From positions 1 to 64,000 of the forward strand of contig CBFFRQ010000214.1 in the NCBI GenBank assembly GCA_965644315.1: DNA of 64,000 nt. Direction: 5' to 3'. Shown piece by piece: positions 57,001 through 63,000 of this stretch. The DNA comes from Caecitellus pseudoparvulus. Lineage: Eukaryota > Protista > Bigyra: Bicosoecida. The notes under the pieces were generated by a model that was not told the origin of the DNA, did not search any database, and worked only from the letters and a program-made list of their open reading frames with translations. How positions within the stretch are numbered: the stretch's first letter is position 1; each line of letters begins with the position of its first letter. Both the position numbers and the translations under genes were made by a program.

Positions 57001-60000
57001 ACGGTGCCATGCAGACCCTTGCCGTCACCAGCCAGCAAGGAGACATTGCCACTCTGTGTGTGCCCTCTGCCCCCTTGCAGCAACAGTGCCCCGCCAACAC
57101 CTTCGCTGCTGGAGCCGGCCGCCACAGTCACGTTGCCACCGACTGCCTTGCCATGGCCAGCCTGCATGGTCAATGAGCCGCCACCACCACCTCGCAAGCC
57201 GCCGCTCGCACCCGCTGCAATGACCACATCACCCCCACCAATGCGCACACCAGCAGTGCCAGGTGTAGAGCCACCGCCCACTTCCACCGCAATGCTGCCG
57301 CTGACGTCGCCGTCCCCGCTCGACATGTGCACATGGCCACCCTCTCCGCTCAACACTGCTGATGACCCCCCTCGCAAGGTGACACCACCAGAGGATCGGG
57401 CCACCAATGACACACCACCCCCGCCCTGGCCACCGCTCCCGCCTTGCACGGAAACGTTGCCAGCCACGCCAGCAGCAGCGTCCCCGCTCGCCAGCACCAC
57501 GTCACCCGCAGGCCCATCTGATGCTTGGCCCGTTCGCAGCACCACAGACCCTGAGCGCTGGCCCTCCCCGCTGCTGACCAGCACAGAGCCGCTGGTGTCC
57601 CCGGCCCCACTCCTCACGCTGACGCCTCCCCCAGTCCCAGCAGTTGCATCACCAGCGTGCAGCGAAATGGTTCCAGATCTCTGCTCGCCTTTTCCAGTTG
57701 ACAGTGAAAGATTTCCAGACTGTTGACCTTGACCGGTTTCTATTTTGACAAGGCCGGATGCTGCTCCTTTGCCTGTCTGCATCATGATGTCACCAGAGGT
57801 TTGATTCGAGTTACCGGTCCCAAGTGAAAGGTTTCCACTTCTGCGAATTCCAAAACCTGTGTGAACATTCATGTCACCACTTTCTATTCCCTCTCCTGTC
57901 AGAAGCAAAATTGCTCCTGTCTTTTCCCCTGCTGTTCCAGTCGCAACGTAGACCATGCCAGTTTCATACCCTTCCCCGGATTTAAGTGATACACCTCCAG
58001 AGGAACTGAGAGCACTGCCACTTGCGACAGAAACTGACCCCGACACAATGCTTTTACCTGAGGAGACTGAAACGTTTCCACTCCGAAGGCCGGCCGAGCC
58101 ACTTGACACTGCAATTGACCCTCCTTGATCTCCTCCATGACCTCCAGACACGAGAATATCTCCGGCAGACGATTCTCCATTCCCGGTCTTCAGTGTCAGA
58201 TCTCCACTTTGGGCCGCGTCTCCTGTCATTGCCATAATTGAGCCAGAATTCGCCTCTGCGTTCGCGGTTTGAAGAAGCACGCCGATGAAGTCTGCTGGAG
58301 ATGTACCACTTACAGACTTGAAGGCACCAGAAGTCATCTTTATACTATGACCCACAACTCTTATATCCGACATGTCGGCATAGGACCCAATGCTAACATT
58401 GCCACCGCTTTCACTACCAGCACCAGCGTGCAAAAGAACACTCCCACCTGATGTTCCTGAACCAGCCAAAATATGCACACCCCCGCCACTTTGTGTTGAG
58501 AAACCACTCTCAACGCGCACATCACCAGACTGCTCCACTGACGCACCTGACCCAAGAGTCACAGAGCCAGATGCACTGCTTGACTTCCCCGTCTGCAGCA
58601 GAATGTCACCTGAGCGTGCTTCCGCGTTCCCCGTCCCAAGCTTCAAGCTCCCTGACATTCCATCAGAGGCCGCCGTGTGCACGTCCACACTCCCTGAGCC
58701 CAGCGCTCCGGCACCAGACCGTAGCACAATACCCCCCCCTGACTTCCTGTCGCTGCCGCTGCCGCCCTGCAGAGTCATATTACCGCCTGGCCCCGCCTGG
58801 CCTGAACCAGCCAGCACAGTCACACTGCCTCCTGACCCCAATGCATCTGTGCTGGCCCCACCCTGCAGAAGAACTGACCCACCACGCTGGCTCCCAGACC
58901 CACCAGCAACACGAGCTGCACCTCCCTGGAGCCCATTCCCAGCTTCCACAGCGACAGAACCACCTGATCCACCCACACCAGAGCCTGCTGCGATGCTCAT
59001 CGCTCCACCTTGCACCTCGCTGTGCCCTGCTTCCAATGACACGGTGCCCCCTGAGCCCTCTTCACTTGGCCCTGCGATCAATGAAATGCCACCGCTTCCA
59101 GCGCTGCCGGCGCCTGTTCCAATGGTCACATGCCCAGACACAGCCGCAGCAGAATCACCCGTGGTGATGCTGATGGGCCCACTGCTGCGTGTGCTTACTG
59201 CACCTGTGGAGACGTACATGCCACCACTGGGCCCGCTCGAGCTGCTACCGCTGCCCACCACCACCTCACCGCCTTCACCTGCCTCTGACACGCCAGCTCG
59301 CATGGTGAGCACCCCGCCGCGCGCGCCTGCACCGGCTCGCAAAGTCACGTTCCCGCCGATCATGCCGCCCTCGCCAGCTGCCACCCGCACATTCCCAGCC
59401 TGCTCTGAGCCCGAACCAGCCAACACACTGGAGTCGCCACCAGTGCCTGCAGTGCTCTGGCCCCCCACCACTTGCACACTTCCCCCCATGCCCTCCCCTG
59501 CACCAGCGGACACGGCCACCGCTCCACCAGTTCGGCCTTGCCCACCACTCACAGATGCTTGGGCCGTGTGTGCTACAAGGCGCACGTCACCACCTGCCTG
59601 GGCGCCCAGGCCAGCTTCAATGCGCACAGCGCCTCCACCCCCTGTGCTGCGCCCCGCCGACACAGTCACATTCCCACTTGCTCCTTGAGCTGCATCCCCA
59701 GACATCAGAGCCATGGAGCCACTGCTGCCCGCAGATGCCAACCCAGTCTCAATGGTCACGTTGCCTGAAGTGAGACCGGGGCCACTGCGCAGCGTCAGGC
59801 TCCCCCCTGAGTGCCCGTGCCCACCCACGATCTGCACGTCACCCCCAGCGCCCTGCCCATCACCTGCACTGGCAATGACAGAGCCACCGACCGAGCCAGA
59901 TCCTGCCAACAAGCTAGCGCCTCCGCCATGCTCATCAGCACCATCTCCGCCAGACAGCTGCATCTCGCCACCTGCACCGAGTGATGCCGATCCAGCCAGC

Positions 60001-63000
60001 AGTGCGACACCCCCACCCTGCAGGGCCCCGCTCCCACTCTCCATCACGACGTCCCCGCCATGCTTGCCTCCGGCGACAGAGCCTGCCTTGATGGCCACTG
60101 AACCGCCAGATCCGCCCTCCACGCTGCGGCCTGCGCTCACTGCCACTGGCCCAGCACCGTCACGCCCAGCGCCAGAGCCCAGCACCACAGACCCGGACGT
60201 CCCCAAACGAGAGGCACCACTCACCACAGACACGTTCCCAGACCCCAATGCCCCCATTCCACTGGAGAGGAACACGCCCCCACTGGAGCCCGACGATGCC
60301 TCACCACTGCCCACCTGAACGGACCCTGACGATGCACCGCCGGAGCCAGACACGACACTCAGCGTGCCAGATGCACCCTGGGCGCTGCGCCCACTTGCCA
60401 ACATGAGAGCACCACCTGTCGCGTGGCCAGCTGCATGGCCGGCCGACACAGCCACTGAACCGCCTGCACCTGCCAGGCTGCCCCCACCAACCACCTGCAC
60501 CTGGCCTGCATCACCGCTTGAACTATCACCACTGCCCATGCGCACGCTACCACTCACACCCCGACTGGCAGCACTTGACACACTAACGGACCCACTGGCC
60601 CCCGCCTCGGATGGCCCCGTCGTGACGTGCACCTCACCACTTGACACAGGGCCCTGGCCCGACGCCACAGACACCCTGCCACCGGCACCAGATGCGCTGC
60701 TGCCCCCCAACACAGACACACTGCCAGACTGAACACGTGCCGAGCCACTGCCCAGCTGCACTGCACCACTGGCACTGCCAGCGTCACCGCTCATGATGTG
60801 CACCGCGCCTGACTGACCCCCTCTTGATGTGCCTGACTGCAGATGCAACTGACCGCTCGAGCCGCCCTCCACAGCGCCGCTGCTGACCTCCACACCACCG
60901 CTACCATGGCTGCCAGCTCCCCCCAGCACACTCACACCACCTCCTAGCCCTCCATGAGACCCACCAGCCTGCAGTACGACGGACCCCCCTTCCCCACGGG
61001 CTGCAACACCAGCCTGCAGCACCACGTCGCCACCCGGCCCAGACACTGCACCCCCAGCATGGCCCGTGATGTCCCCTGATGCCCCACTCGCGCTGCTGCC
61101 CGTCGACAACAGTATGCTGCCGCTGTCACCGTCGCTGCCTGACGAGCTCACACGCACGCCACCTGCGCCTGCATGCACGTCCACGGACCCACCAGCACCC
61201 GATGCGACAGACACGGTGCCACCTTGCGAGCCCCCCCCCGCGGCCACAGTCACATTGCCCCCCGACACTGCACCTTTGCCTGTGCCGACAAACACGTCTC
61301 CAGACACGCCAGTCGCGCTGTCCCCACTGCGCAGAGACACAGACCCGGACGCCTCGCGGCCCTCTCCACTGCGCACTTCCACGCGCCCACCAGTACCACC
61401 AGCGCCCCCTCCGAGGAGGACTGCACCGCCGGTCCCATTCACCGACACACCTGCCTGCACGACCACGGACCCGCCCTCTCCTGTCTCGGATGCACCGGCA
61501 CTCACCCGCACTGAGCCACTGGACCCCTGGCGTGCAGATCCGCTGCGCACCGTCACAGACCCAGTGTTCCCAGATACTGCCGCGCCGCTCTGCACCAGCA
61601 CAGCACCACTTGATGTGCTGCCTGCTCCATCTTGACTCGACACACGCACGCTGCCTGAGGCGTGCGCGGACTCGGGGCCCTCGTAAAAGCGTTCTTGGCG
61701 CGCCTGCATCGCAGCCAGCACGTCCACTGACAACGATGCGTAGTCAATGCCTGGCACAAGAGAACCGTTCAAGCCTGGTACCATGCGCACGTGCTCTGGA
61801 AGTGCTGCTTGCACATCCTCAGCCGACAGCACATGATCTGCACCTGGTCCACCCTGGCGTACCTTGAGCTGCATCAAGCGACCCAACACTTCCCGCTTCT
61901 CCTCTGCTGTCACAGTTGGCGCATCAGCGATGCCCGTCGGCACTCGCTGCAGTAGGCGCTTCACTGTCATGTCTCCCTGCACTGTCATGCCATCAGCAGT
62001 CAGCTTCAGAGCTGGTGCGCCGCCAACATTGACACTGACACCTTCACCCCCACTTTGCACAGTCAACGCACCGGTCGACTCCACACTCACGTTCCCTGCA
62101 GACTCCAGCGAAATGCCTGACGCACTCAGTGCCACCGAGCTGCCCCCACCCACAACGGACACTTCATGCCCTTGCACAGCTACACCCCCTTGTGGACCCT
62201 CGCTTGATCTCCCTGCTGCAATGCTCACGTCGCCTCCACGCCCGACGCCGTCGCCAGCATGAAGCACCACGCTTCCACCATCATTGCCACGCCCAGCCAC
62301 AAGTGCCAACTTGCTACCTACGCCCTCTGCCGTGGATGAGCTCAGCAGCTCAATCCCTGTGCCACTCTCATGCTCGCCAGATGCAGCTGCCACGACCACA
62401 CCATGCCCTGCCAGGCCCAGCTGTGCTCCAGCAGTCACCGACACGCCACCCGCGCCGCCGACTACCTGCACGCCCCCGCCTTCACCACTGCTTGACTCCC
62501 CACCAGCAATCAACACCGAACCGCTGCCCACAGCAGCACCACTGCCGCCCATCAAGCTCACAGACCCGCCCCGCCCACCTGCCGAGCTGCCACCCTGCAG
62601 AGTGACGTTGCCTGCATCCCCAGCCATGCCCACACCAGACGACACTGTCACAGACCCACTGCTGCCAGATGCCGACATGGAGCTGCCAAGCAGCAAGTCC
62701 CCACTCCGAACACCGCCAGCACCAGTCACAAGCTGCACCCGGCCACTCGCCTTCCCCCCTGCACCGGATGACACCATCACGGCGCCTCCACTCCCATCCC
62801 GACTCATGCCGGCGTGCCATGTGATGGACCCACCCTGCTCCCCCGTGCCACCTGCCACAGACACGCTGCCTCCCCGGCTGCCACGCTCAGCCCCGCCGAC
62901 CAGCCCAGCACGCACCTGCACGTTGCCATGCAGACCCTTGCCGTCACCAGCCAGCAAGGAGACATTGCCACTCTCTGTGTGCCCTCTGCCCCCTTGCAGC

